A stretch of 64,000 nucleotides of DNA from contig JAKUNK010000010.1 of the NCBI GenBank assembly GCA_022451945.1, positions 23,837-87,836 on the forward strand, in the 5' to 3' direction. Positions 47,957 through 59,561 of this stretch are shown here, piece after piece. Source of the stretch: Dehalococcoidia bacterium. GTDB lineage: Bacteria; Chloroflexota; Dehalococcoidia; Lucifugimonadales; UBA3495. The notes under the pieces were generated by a model, which did no database searches, was not told where the DNA came from, and saw only the letters and a program-made list of their open reading frames with translations. The position numbers were made by a program, and so were the translations under genes. Position 1 is the stretch's first letter. Every line of letters starts with the position of its first letter.

Positions 47957-48658
47957 CTAAGCGGCCAGGACCAAGCGATCGATAAATATGGCCTGGGTGA
48001 TAACCAATTCTGGGTTTATTCCACCCGGATCCTTAACCTGATCTACTTCAGCTACTGTCACGGCGGCGGCCATTGCCATGGTAGGGTTCCAGTTGCGGCC
48101 CGTTCCCTCGTAAACCAAATTGCCGAGGGTGTCCGCTTCCTTGGCCCGGAGTAGGGCAAAATCGGCATTCAGTGCGAATTCTAGGACATGCTCTTTGCCG
48201 TCAAATATGCGCAGTTCCCTGCCTTCGGCGAACCTGGTCCCGGCGCCGGTTGGTAGAAACACTCCGCCAATTCCCGCTCCTCCGGCTCTCATCCGCTCTG
48301 CCAGGATTCCCTGAGGGACAACCTCTAGCTCCAATTTACCCAACTCCCAGAGTTCTTTCACCGCGCCGCCCGACTCCGGATGAAAAGGCATCGGCGAAAT
48401 CATCTTCTTTACCTGCCCTGCTGCCACCAAGTCGTCGATCCCAAACGTACCCGCCTGGGGCAGCCAAGCCCCTTGGCAGATGAGGGTTAGTTCTGATACT
48501 CCGGTCGCCGCCAGGCCACGGAGCAAGGATTGGGGCGCTCCTAAGCCGGCAAACCCGGCGATCAGCACGGAGGCCCCATCTGCGATGCCGCCCAAGGCCG
48601 ATTGGGCTGTGGAGTAGACCTTTCCCTTTGCGGCGGTGTTTTCTGGGTGATTGATCAT
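47957..48658 (-). CDS. 3-oxoacid CoA-transferase subunit A-like
   Basis: GFAG.G.P, PQGILAERMRAGGAG, ADTLGNLVY, RNWNP. Confidence 0.88.
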   Translation of the reverse strand: MINHPENTAAKGKVYSTAQSALGGIADGASVLIAGFAGLGAPQSLLRGLAATGVSELTLICQGAWLPQAGTFGIDDLVAAGQVKKMISPMPFHPESGGAVKELWELGKLELEVVPQGILAERMRAGGAGIGGVFLPTGAGTRFAEGRELRIFDGKEHVLEFALNADFALLRAKEADTLGNLVYEGTGRNWNPTMAMAAAVTVAEVDQVKDPGGINPELVITQAIFIDRLVLAA

Positions 48659-48956
48659 TGGAGATACCTGATTCCATCTGCGATCTGAGGCGCTGACTAA
48701 TCGCAGCAGCAACGAATTATAACGGCCTATGCCCAGATATACCAAGACGCCGTCGATGCGTTTGGCTCGGCTAGCCGCCGAGTGGCGTAGTACCATCCTG
48801 GCAATCGCCAGAAATACGGAAAGGTAAGTTCCATCTCCCCAATTAGAGTGGAGACGACAACTGTCAGCAATTCTACCTACACCGAAGAATTTGGTTAGAC
48901 TGAATTTCTGGTTTCCCTTGAATGATATGCGGAGGCGGGATTAGAACAAGATCCAC

Positions 48957-48992
48957 AAAAAAACCGCCCCGTTAATCACGGGGCGGTTTTTG
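48957..48992. terminator. groEL intrinsic terminator
   Basis: AAAAAAACCGCCCCGT-TAATC-ACGGGGCGGTTTTT. Confidence 0.85.
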
Positions 48993-49037
48993 ATACTTGG
49001 CTGGGTACTGGAAGTCCAGAAGGAGTTTTGCCTCTCC

Positions 49038-50723
<1,686 letters not shown>

Positions 50724-50749
50724 CTAGACTGGGTATATCGAGCTTTGGG

Positions 50750-51040
50750 TTAGCTGATCTTCGCTAAAATATCACTTTCTCGAAGGATCAGAAGCTCGTC
50801 GTCGCCGTCTTTATATTCGGTACCGGCAAACTTGGAGTAGATAACTCGATCTCCCTTGGCAAGTTCCATCGGAATCCGGGATCCGTCTTCGGCAACCCGA
50901 CCGGGTCCGACTGCGACGACCTCACCTTCTTGGGGCTTTTCCTTGGCGGTATCAGGCAGATATATCCCGCCCTTAGTAGTCTCTTCACCCTCGCTGGGCT
51001 TCACCACCACACGTTCTCCCAATGGCGTAAAGTTTGCCAC
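50750..51040 (-). CDS. groS: Co-chaperonin GroES
   Basis: [32 protein letters not shown]; AGGAGG RBS with GTG start. Confidence 0.98.
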   Translation of the reverse strand: MANFTPLGERVVVKPSEGEETTKGGIYLPDTAKEKPQEGEVVAVGPGRVAEDGSRIPMELAKGDRVIYSKFAGTEYKDGDDELLILRESDILAKIS

Positions 51041-51099
51041 CCTGGCCTCCTTCTATCTCGCCGGGGAATCTAGTAGCCCGGCATTAAAATCAGATGGGA

Positions 51100-51126
51100 T
51101 TGACACCCCCGGTTTGAGAGCGCCAA
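51100..51126. promoter_or_regulatory. Degenerate CIRCE (HrcA operator)
   Basis: Minus strand TTGGCGCTC-N9-GGGTGTCAA versus consensus TTAGCACTC-N9-GAGTGCTAA, directly after the groES promoter. Confidence 0.7.
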
Positions 51127-51129
51127 GTA

Positions 51130-51158
51130 ATGTTAGAGCGGGCACAAGACCTTGTCAA
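51130..51158 (-). promoter_or_regulatory. Sigma70-type promoter of groESL
   Basis: Minus strand TTGACA-17 nt-TAACAT. Confidence 0.75.
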
Positions 51159-51276
51159 GATTGAAGTGTCCGGCCTAGTATTTATAGGGTTGTTTATTGG
51201 ACAAATTTTGACGCCATTTCCTGGCACAGAATCATGGGTCTAAAGAGGAGCCGCTATCACTTCCGACACACTAAAC

Positions 51277-51999
51277 ATGGGCCCATTGATCCTGACCTTT
51301 GACGACACCGTCGCCACCATCACACTGGACCGACAGGGCAACGGCAATAGCATCGACGACGAGATATGCTATGCCTTGTCCACTTCCTGTCAATTGATAG
51401 CTGAGAATGACGGTTTGCGGTTGGTGGTGCTCACCGCAAAAGGGGAAGTCTTTTCGATAGACCAAGCAACCAAACCCACGGGAAACCCCGCCAAACAGTT
51501 ATCTGGCCTGTCAGTCCCGGTGTTGGTTGCCTTGAACGGCGACGCCACCGGAACCGGATTGGAGCTGGCGCTGGCTGGAGACATGCGAGTTTGCGTTCCA
51601 TCCGCCAAGTTCGGCTTTACAGGTCTGGCACAGGGTGTTCTGCCCCAGAATGGCGGTACACAACGGCTGCCTCGGCTGATTGGCCCGGTCTGGGCAAGAG
51701 ACATGCTACTTACCGGAAGATTGGTGGACGCCAACGAAGCCATGTCTATAGGTCTGGTTAACCGGGTCTCTGAAGACCTCACCGGAACAGTAGCTGAGAT
51801 CTCCTCCCAGATCACCGCGGGCAGCCCCATAGGTGCTCGCTACGCAAAGGAAGCGGTTAGCAAGGGAATGGACCTAACGCTGGAGCAAGGGCTAGGACTG
51901 GAAGCAGACCTAAACGTTATACTGCAGTCCACATCGGACAGGTCCGAGGGGCTGAAATCATTCTTCGAAAAACGCGGTCCGAAGTTCACCGGCTCTTAG
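51277..51999 (+). CDS. Enoyl-CoA hydratase/isomerase family protein (degenerate)
   Basis: ATITLDR, ALNG.A.G.GLELALAGD, GGTQRLPRLIG, KR.PKF.G. Confidence 0.85.
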   Translation: MGPLILTFDDTVATITLDRQGNGNSIDDEICYALSTSCQLIAENDGLRLVVLTAKGEVFSIDQATKPTGNPAKQLSGLSVPVLVALNGDATGTGLELALAGDMRVCVPSAKFGFTGLAQGVLPQNGGTQRLPRLIGPVWARDMLLTGRLVDANEAMSIGLVNRVSEDLTGTVAEISSQITAGSPIGARYAKEAVSKGMDLTLEQGLGLEADLNVILQSTSDRSEGLKSFFEKRGPKFTGS

Positions 52000-52036
52000 C
52001 TATGAGACCAATCGCATATACGGAGAAGGAACCCTA

Positions 52037-52582
52037 GTGAAACTAAAACTGGACCTCCACACCCATGTGTGGGAGGCTTTCAACTTCGTGCCGCCAACCG
52101 TGGAGATTGCCGAAAAAGTGGTCAACCAGATTAAGTCCAAAGGCATAGACGGCATCGGCATCACCGACCACCACAACAAGGAATGGAGCATGGAATTCCG
52201 CCAGATCGTGGAGAAGCACTTCCCCGGTCAGGTGACGATTATCCCCGGCTGGGAGATAGAAATTCGGCCGGAAGCCAATCCCTTTGCCGAATATCAGGTG
52301 GCCGAGCTTTTCCTGCCCAACGCCGGCGGGGTCTTCCGGACCTACTGTCATCCGGGATACTACTCACCGGAGATATTGATCGAGCCGGATATCCACGCCA
52401 TCGAGATAGACAACTACATCCACAATTGGCACATCCGGAAAGACCAGGTGGCGGAGGTGGCCTCCAAACACAACCTGATGCTGATGGAAGTGAGCGATGC
52501 CCATAACCTGGAGAACATCGGGCTGCGCTACACAGAGATAGAACTGGACGACCTTTACGCTAGGGCAGTTCCCGTAGCTTAA
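52037..52582 (+). CDS. Small PHP-family metal-dependent phosphoesterase
   Basis: DLHTH, ITDHH, GWE, CHPG, SDAH metal-ligand motifs. Confidence 0.8.
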   Translation: MKLKLDLHTHVWEAFNFVPPTVEIAEKVVNQIKSKGIDGIGITDHHNKEWSMEFRQIVEKHFPGQVTIIPGWEIEIRPEANPFAEYQVAELFLPNAGGVFRTYCHPGYYSPEILIEPDIHAIEIDNYIHNWHIRKDQVAEVASKHNLMLMEVSDAHNLENIGLRYTEIELDDLYARAVPVA

Positions 52583-52588
52583 CCACCC

Positions 52589-53329
52589 ATGCCCTATTCC
52601 GCCGCTACAAGTGCTGTAGGCTACGATACCATTCTGTTCGAGAAACACGGCCCAGTGGCCCATATCTCTCTGAACCGCCCTAGGGTGGTGAATGCCTACA
52701 ACATACAAATGCGGGATGATCTCTCTGAGACCCTGTCGGCAGTCGAACTAGACGCAGAAGTCCGTGCTCTGTTAATAACCGGCGAAGGCAGGGGGTTCTG
52801 CGCTGGGGCTGACCTCACAGAGTTTGGCTCTGCCCCATCTCAGTTCATAGCCCGCCAGGTGCGTTGGGAACGGGACGTTTGGGGGCAACTGATAAACTTA
52901 GATAAACCAATCGTGGCCGCCGTTCACGGGTTCTGCATCGGCTCTGGTCTTGAGATTGCCCTTTTATGCGATCTGCGGATCGCCGCCCTTGGCACAATAT
53001 TTGCTTTGCCGGAAGTCCAGCTAGGGATGATACCAGCAGCCGGAGGAACACAGACCTTACCAAGGGCTGCGGACACATCACAGGCCTTGGATCTGCTTTT
53101 GACCGGTAGGCGCATAGAATCAGAGAAGGCACTCACCATGGGCTTGGTCACCCGCCTGGCCGCACCGGATTCTCTTCGGGATGAAGCTTGGGAGTTGGCC
53201 CAAAGCCTGGCTGAAACCCCTGCCAAAGCGATGGCGGCAATGAAGCAAGTCTTGCGGAAGGGTATGGATTTGGACCTGCCAAAGGCGTTGGACCTAGAAA
53301 GACGAATCGTTGCCCGATTGGATAGTTAA
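52589..53329 (+). CDS. Enoyl-CoA hydratase/isomerase family protein
   Basis: LNRP..NA, FCAGADL, GSGLE, LPE, GGTQ.LPR. Confidence 0.9.
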   Translation: MPYSAATSAVGYDTILFEKHGPVAHISLNRPRVVNAYNIQMRDDLSETLSAVELDAEVRALLITGEGRGFCAGADLTEFGSAPSQFIARQVRWERDVWGQLINLDKPIVAAVHGFCIGSGLEIALLCDLRIAALGTIFALPEVQLGMIPAAGGTQTLPRAADTSQALDLLLTGRRIESEKALTMGLVTRLAAPDSLRDEAWELAQSLAETPAKAMAAMKQVLRKGMDLDLPKALDLERRIVARLDS

Positions 53330-53345
53330 TTACGAGAGCACATAA

Positions 53346-54908
53346 ATGAACACATCGGAATTCTTGACCATCGCCAGCGCCATCGTTCCCGACCGTCCCG
53401 CGGTGATATTCGATGGCCAGACCATCTCCTTTGAACAACTGGCAGAGCGCGTCAACAGGTTGGCCAATGGGCTTTCGAACATGGGGGTCGGCACCGGAGA
53501 CCGAGTCGCCACCATGCAGGTCAATACTAACCAGTGCATCGAGGCCTACTTCGCGGCAGCGCAGCTTGATGCGATCTATGTGCCCATCAATTTCAGGGCC
53601 AAGACCGACGAACTGGCTCAAATGCTCGAGATCGCCCAACCTTCCCTTTTGCTGCTGGGCGAACGCTATCTTCCGCTGGTCCCCGAGGGCTCTATGTCAT
53701 CAAAAGGCATCATAATTTTGGACGGAGAAACCAGCGGTAACAACAAGAACTACGAGGAACTTCTCGCAGTGTCTCCTCCCGACCAGATGCACTTTCCGGA
53801 GGCAGGCGACGAAGACACGACGGTGATCATGTTCACCGCTGGCACCACCGGAGTGCCCAAGGGCGTGATGTTGACCCACGACAGCTTCTCTTCATACTTG
53901 CTGGCCACGGTTGAACCCGCTGATCCAGACGTGGAAGAGAGCAACCTCATCACCGTGCCCTTCTACCATATAGCAGGACTCCAAGCCGCTCTGGCCGCGG
54001 TATACGGCGGGCGGACACTAGTCGTGATGCGGCAGTTCGAGCCTGTAGAGTGGCTGCGCCTGGTTCAAGATAATAGGGCAAACCGGGCAATGCTGGTGCC
54101 GACCATGTTGAAGCACCTCATGGAACACCCAGACTTCTCCCACTATGACCTTTCATCGCTCAGCGTGATTACCTACGGCGCCGCTCCCATGCCACTAGAG
54201 GTGATCAGGGAAGCCATCACCAAGTTCCCTAGTTCAAGGTTCATAAACGCGTTCGGCCAGACCGAGACCGCTTCGACCATCACGATGCTACCGCCTGATG
54301 ACCATGTGCTGGAAGGCAGCTCCGAAGAGATCGACGCCAAGCTGAAGCGTCTCACATCGATCGGAAAACCCCTGGACGACGTTGAAGTGACCATCGTGGA
54401 CGAAGAAGGGCAACCGGTGGCCGAAGGTGAGACAGGAGAGATAGTGGCCCGGGGTTCTCGAATGATGGCCGGCTATTGGCAGGAAGAATCGGCGACCCGA
54501 GACACCATACGCGGCGGCTGGATCTACACCGGAGACCTGGGATATCAGGATCAAGACGGATACATCTTCTTGTCGGGCAGGGCCAAAGACTTCATCAAGC
54601 GCGGCGGTGAGATGATCTCTCCCGAAGAGGTGGAACAGGTCCTCCGTTCCCACCCAGAGATCGACGACGCTGCGGTCATAGGAGTGCCAGACGTTGAATG
54701 GGGCGAAGAGGTGCGCGCTTTGGTGGTAAGCCGCTCTGACCAGGTTGATGAAGAGCTGATCATAGAGTTCTGCAGGGACAAGATGGCCGGGTTCAAGAGA
54801 CCCCGCTCTGTGATATTTGTGGGAGAATTGCCCCGTAACGTCATGGGCAAGGTGCTTAAACGCGACCTTCGGGAAGAATTCAGCCACCCGGTAGAAAACC
54901 GGGACTAG
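53346..54908 (+). CDS. Long-chain fatty acid--CoA ligase / acyl-CoA synthetase
   Basis: FTAGTTGVPKG, FGQTE, YTGDLG, GR.KD.I.RGGE, PRN.MGKVLKR. Confidence 0.92.
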   Translation: MNTSEFLTIASAIVPDRPAVIFDGQTISFEQLAERVNRLANGLSNMGVGTGDRVATMQVNTNQCIEAYFAAAQLDAIYVPINFRAKTDELAQMLEIAQPSLLLLGERYLPLVPEGSMSSKGIIILDGETSGNNKNYEELLAVSPPDQMHFPEAGDEDTTVIMFTAGTTGVPKGVMLTHDSFSSYLLATVEPADPDVEESNLITVPFYHIAGLQAALAAVYGGRTLVVMRQFEPVEWLRLVQDNRANRAMLVPTMLKHLMEHPDFSHYDLSSLSVITYGAAPMPLEVIREAITKFPSSRFINAFGQTETASTITMLPPDDHVLEGSSEEIDAKLKRLTSIGKPLDDVEVTIVDEEGQPVAEGETGEIVARGSRMMAGYWQEESATRDTIRGGWIYTGDLGYQDQDGYIFLSGRAKDFIKRGGEMISPEEVEQVLRSHPEIDDAAVIGVPDVEWGEEVRALVVSRSDQVDEELIIEFCRDKMAGFKRPRSVIFVGELPRNVMGKVLKRDLREEFSHPVENRD

Positions 54909-54928
54909 GCAACGGAGATAGAGGACAC

Positions 54929-55891
54929 ATGGTCACTCAACCAAATGAAAACCTTAAGGTGGCGGTCTTTGGGGCCGGCGGGGTGGGAGGTTACTTCGGT
55001 GGCCTCTTGGCCCGGGCCGAACACGATGTAACCTTCATCGCCAGAGGGGCGCACCTGAAGGCTATCCAGGAAAACGGGCTAAGGGTTGAGAGTCAACTGG
55101 ACGGCTCATTCACTGTTACAGGCAACGCGACCGACAACACTGCTGAAGTAGGCGAACAAGACCTAGTGCTCTTCACGGTGAAAATGTATCACAACTCAGA
55201 TGCGCTAGATTCATTGGCGCCGCTGATCGGCCCGAACACCGTCGTCTTGACGCTGCAGAACGGCATCGATAACGGCGACATACTAGCCGAGGCAGTGGGC
55301 GAAGAACACGTCATGATCGGATCATCCTATATGGAGGGCCGTGTTTCAAAACCCGGGGTCGTCACCCAAGGAGGCCCGGGCATAGCCGCTTTCGGCGAGA
55401 CGAAAGTAGGCATTAGCCGCCGGGGCGAAAACCTGCTCCAACGATTCCAAGAATCGGGTTGGCGTGTGAACCTCCATGAGAATATGCCCGGTATGCTCTG
55501 GAAGAAGTTTGCATACATAGCGGGGTCAGCAGCCGTTTGCGCCGCGGCCAACTGCGTATACGAAGAGATGCGGACCAAGCCCGAGACGCGGGCCTTGATT
55601 CGTAACGCCATTGAGGAGGTATTGGCTGTGGGAAGGGCTAAGGGTGCGCCGATCATGTCCGACTCTTTGGCTTGGGCCATGGACTCGCTGGACCGATTTC
55701 CCGGCCAAGGAAGAGCGTCCATGGCAAAAGATTTCACCGATCAGCGCCCCGTGGAGCTGGAGGGTCTGACCGGCACGGTAGTCCGCATGGCCAGAGAGCT
55801 TAACGTTCCCACTCCCGCCAACGATTTCCTATACGCCATCTTGAAACCGATGGCAGTCCGCATAGAGACTCTTAACAGTACTGAGAGCTAA
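54929..55891 (+). CDS. panE: 2-dehydropantoate 2-reductase (ketopantoate reductase family)
   Basis: GAGGVGGYFG, TVK, LQNG, WKKF, SM.KD, ELE. Confidence 0.8.
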   Translation: MVTQPNENLKVAVFGAGGVGGYFGGLLARAEHDVTFIARGAHLKAIQENGLRVESQLDGSFTVTGNATDNTAEVGEQDLVLFTVKMYHNSDALDSLAPLIGPNTVVLTLQNGIDNGDILAEAVGEEHVMIGSSYMEGRVSKPGVVTQGGPGIAAFGETKVGISRRGENLLQRFQESGWRVNLHENMPGMLWKKFAYIAGSAAVCAAANCVYEEMRTKPETRALIRNAIEEVLAVGRAKGAPIMSDSLAWAMDSLDRFPGQGRASMAKDFTDQRPVELEGLTGTVVRMARELNVPTPANDFLYAILKPMAVRIETLNSTES

Positions 55892-55902
55892 GCCACCCCA
55901 AG

Positions 55903-57525
55903 CTAGACCTGAGACCCCTGGATTCTGGACGAGCGGCCGGCCCACTCTTTCTCCCTCAGGACGTATTTCTGAATCTTGCCTGTTGATGTCTTGGGAAGGT
56001 CTCCGAACTCCACCAGCTTCGGCGCTTTGAACCGTGCGATCCGCTCTTGCGTGAAGGAGATGATGCTTTCCGCCGTGGCTTCCTGACCTTCTCGGACCAC
56101 GACGAACGCCTTTGGGACTTCTCCCCATTGGTCGTCAGGGACACCAATCACCGACACTTCTAGGACGGCTGGATGATCCATTATGACCTTCTCGACTTCC
56201 TGTGTTGAGATATTCTCGCCGCCGGATATAATCACGTCCTTCGCCCGATCCCTGAGTTCGATATAGCCGTCGAGGTGCCACACGGCCAAGTCCCCGGAGT
56301 GGAACCAGCCCCCCTTGAAAGCCTCCTCCGTAGCCTCCTCGTCGGCGTAATATCCAGCCATCACGTTGTTACCTTTCATGACCACCTCACCCATGGTCTC
56401 GCCGTCTTGGGCAACGTCGTTCATCTCTTCATCAACCACCCGTAGGCCGATTCCATTCACGATGTAAGGGACACCCTGCCTGGCCTTGATCTGTGCTCGG
56501 TCGTCTGGGGAGAGGTCCTTCCAAGAGAGCTGAGGCGCGCATACCGTGTGTGGCCCATAGGTCTCGGTGAGTCCGTAGACATGGTGGATTCTGGCTCCCA
56601 TCTGCTCGATGGTCTTAATCACCTGCGGGGCCGGCGGCGCGCCAGCGGTCATTATGTTCAGTCCAGACAGGTCCTGCCTGTCAGCAGCAGGCGATGAGTA
56701 CATGGAGGTAAGCACTGTAGGGGCAGCACACATGTGCGAAATGCCTTCTTCCTTGATCAATCGGTACACCTCATCTGGGTCGACCCGCCGTAGGCAGACG
56801 TGCGTGCCGCTGACAGCCGTTACCGCCCACGGAAAGCACCAGCCGCTAGCATGGAACATCGGAAGCGTCCAAAGATACCGGCTTTCCCAATTGAGTCCTA
56901 TCTCCAGAATCTCCCCAATGGCATTCAAATAGGCGCCCCGAGAGGTGTACTCAACTCCTTTTGGGAACCCTGTTGTGCCGGAGGTGTAATTGATGGCGAT
57001 GGTGTCCAATTCTGAGTCAGGGCCGTCCAACGTCGGAACCGGATTAGACCCGGCGATGAAACTCTCATAGTCTGGTCCAGGTATGTCGGGGTCCTGGGGA
57101 TGGGTATCCAGAATCTGGACGTACGCCTCTACCCCTGGAGTCTCATCGATGAAAGATTTAACGGTGGTTGCGAATTCAGAGTCAAAGATCAGCACCTTAG
57201 CTCCCGAATGGTTCAAGATGTAGGCAATCTCCCCGGAAGAGAGCCTAGTGTTGAGTGCCACCAGTACCGCTCCGATCCCCAAAGGCCCGAAATACCCTTC
57301 CAGCATCTGCGGTAAGTTGGGGCACAAAAATGCCACCCTATCGCCCTTTCCTACGCCCACACTCTGCAGCGCAGAAGCTAGCCTCCTGGACCGTTCATGA
57401 TATTCGGCATACGAAAGCGACCTGCCGTTGTAGACCACCGCCGGTTTATCTGGATAGACCATAGCGGCCCGTTCAAGGAATAATGCTGGATTCAGATTCT
57501 GATAGGAGACACTGGTCATTGACAT
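55903..57525 (-). CDS. Acyl-CoA synthetase (AMP-forming, medium-chain/DmdB-like)
   Basis: L.P..FLERAA, NYTSGTTGFPKG, WTLPMFH, YGLTETYGP, PKTSTGKIQK. Confidence 0.92.
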   Translation of the reverse strand: MSMTSVSYQNLNPALFLERAAMVYPDKPAVVYNGRSLSYAEYHERSRRLASALQSVGVGKGDRVAFLCPNLPQMLEGYFGPLGIGAVLVALNTRLSSGEIAYILNHSGAKVLIFDSEFATTVKSFIDETPGVEAYVQILDTHPQDPDIPGPDYESFIAGSNPVPTLDGPDSELDTIAINYTSGTTGFPKGVEYTSRGAYLNAIGEILEIGLNWESRYLWTLPMFHASGWCFPWAVTAVSGTHVCLRRVDPDEVYRLIKEEGISHMCAAPTVLTSMYSSPAADRQDLSGLNIMTAGAPPAPQVIKTIEQMGARIHHVYGLTETYGPHTVCAPQLSWKDLSPDDRAQIKARQGVPYIVNGIGLRVVDEEMNDVAQDGETMGEVVMKGNNVMAGYYADEEATEEAFKGGWFHSGDLAVWHLDGYIELRDRAKDVIISGGENISTQEVEKVIMDHPAVLEVSVIGVPDDQWGEVPKAFVVVREGQEATAESIISFTQERIARFKAPKLVEFGDLPKTSTGKIQKYVLREKEWAGRSSRIQGSQV

Positions 57526-57874
57526 CTTCTCTCCGTCAAATACGAGGGCAAGTCCAAAGAAACCCCTTGGTGGCAAACGTTATCAGAGCGATTCTAGGCT
57601 GGTCAATCGGACTCAGAACAAGCTCTTGTGCAAAAGCCGCCGTACACTCAAGCCTAGAGTGACCTGTGCCCATTATAGGCCCAGAACGAACGGTAGGTGT
57701 CTTGACCGTGAGACGTCAGAAACTTATGTTAATGCCGTTGCACCTGAGCGGTGGTATACTGCCCGTGGCTAAAAACCGGGCTAGGCGCAGGCCTATGTTC
57801 CACGCACAGTTTCCTCACGAAACCCGAGGGAATTAACTGTGATCCAATCCACAGATTTCAGGAGGCGGCCCCCA

Positions 57875-59521
57875 TTGAATACCATTGAAGCCATTACCGA
57901 GATTCTCAAGCGGGAAGGCGTTGAGTACCTACCTTGCTTCCCAACTACACCTGTGATCGAAGCCGCTGCTCTGGGTGGCATCCGGCCCATCATCTGCCGA
58001 CAGGAGCGGGTTGGGGTGGGTATCGCCGACGGCATCAGCCGTGTCTCCAACGGCGATAAGATGGGTGTCTTCGCCATGCAGTACGGACCTGGAGCCGAAA
58101 ACGCCTATCCCGGTATCGCTTCCGCGTACTCAGACTCTGTGCCGGTCCTGCTTCTACCATTGGGGCATCCCCGCGACCGGGCAGGTATCAACCCACATTA
58201 CAGCTCTCTCAAGAGCTACGACGATGTGACCAAGGCCATCGAACAGGTGAACACCGCCGATCGGACATCGGAGGTTTTGCGCCGCGCATTTGCCGGTTTG
58301 CGTCAGGGCCGAGGTGGCCCTATGGCCGTGGAGATTCCGGCTGACATCGCACTCGAAGATGTGAGTGAAGAGGCCTTCTACTACATTCCCAGCAGGCCCA
58401 TGATTTCTCAGGGCGACCCAGGAGATGTCGAAGCGGCAGCTAAGGCACTCTGTGCCGCCCACTACCCGGTGATAATGGCTGGTCAGGGAGTCCTTTACGG
58501 AAAGGCAACCGACGAATTGATAGAACTCGCCGAACTACTCCAGGTGCCGGTCTGCAGCACTCTCCTGGGTAAGAGCGCCTTCCCTGAGGTCCATCCCCTG
58601 GCGCTGGGAAGCACTGGGCCGACAATGTCTGGGCATGCCTATCACTTCATCCGGCGGGCGGACCTGATGTTCGGTATGGGTACCAGTTTCACAAAACACG
58701 GCATGGTTATGAACATCCCTTCAGGCAAGACCCTGATCCAGGCCACAAATGACGCCTCCGACATCAACAAGGACTACAACATCGATCTGCCAATCGTCGG
58801 CGACGCCAAGCTGGTGCTGCGCCAAATGATTGACGCTTGTAAGGAAATCGTGGGCAACAGCCGCAAGGACGACCAGTCCACCGCCAAAGAGGTCCAGACA
58901 GAGCGGGAAGGTTGGCTCAGCGAGTGGCGGTCCAAACTTTCTGATAGCTCCACTCCCATGACCCCTTACCGTGTCATCTGGGACTTCATGCACACCATCC
59001 CGCCAGAAGAGGCCATCGTGACCCACGACTCAGGCAGCCCACGAGATCAGATAACTCCGTTCTACCGTTCGAACGGCCCCCGGACCTACCTGGGATGGGG
59101 CAAGTCACATGGTCTGGGGACTGGCTTGGGATTAACCATCGGGGCCAAACTGGCAGCGCCAGAGAAGGTATGTGTCAACTTCATGGGCGACGCTGCCTTC
59201 GGAATGGTTGGTTTAGACTTCGAGACCGCCGTCCGCAGCGGTATACCCATCATCACCGTTGTTCTGAACAACTCTTCCATGGCTGTTGAGACCAGGCAGA
59301 TGGCTGACTCCCACGAGCTCTACGGCACCCGCGACTTGGGCGGCAACTACGCCGACCTCGGTAAGGCGATGGGCGGCTATGCCGAGCGCATCGAAGACCC
59401 GAATCAGATTACCGCTGCCTTCACCCGGGCTCGCAAGGTCACCGAGGAAGAAGGCAAGGCCGTGCTTTTAGAGTTCATAACCAGTGAGGAAACCGAGGTA
59501 TCCCACCGTAGAGCATTCTAG
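57875..59521 (+). CDS. Thiamine-diphosphate-dependent enzyme (acetolactate synthase-like family)
   Basis: CRQER (catalytic Glu), GPG..N, GDAAFGM...NN ThDP motif; GGAGG plus TTG start. Confidence 0.9.
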   Translation: MNTIEAITEILKREGVEYLPCFPTTPVIEAAALGGIRPIICRQERVGVGIADGISRVSNGDKMGVFAMQYGPGAENAYPGIASAYSDSVPVLLLPLGHPRDRAGINPHYSSLKSYDDVTKAIEQVNTADRTSEVLRRAFAGLRQGRGGPMAVEIPADIALEDVSEEAFYYIPSRPMISQGDPGDVEAAAKALCAAHYPVIMAGQGVLYGKATDELIELAELLQVPVCSTLLGKSAFPEVHPLALGSTGPTMSGHAYHFIRRADLMFGMGTSFTKHGMVMNIPSGKTLIQATNDASDINKDYNIDLPIVGDAKLVLRQMIDACKEIVGNSRKDDQSTAKEVQTEREGWLSEWRSKLSDSSTPMTPYRVIWDFMHTIPPEEAIVTHDSGSPRDQITPFYRSNGPRTYLGWGKSHGLGTGLGLTIGAKLAAPEKVCVNFMGDAAFGMVGLDFETAVRSGIPIITVVLNNSSMAVETRQMADSHELYGTRDLGGNYADLGKAMGGYAERIEDPNQITAAFTRARKVTEEEGKAVLLEFITSEETEVSHRRAF

Positions 59522-59561
59522 AGGCCGAAGTTTAACGATCCAAATAAGCCGGAGGTTGGTC

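Noticed and set aside
48727-48834. 35-aa aromatic-rich minus-strand ORF (MELTFPYFW...) upstream of CoA-transferase A as a leader peptide
   Set aside because: The SD-like GGGGAG abuts the ATG with no spacer, and no attenuator terminator follows.
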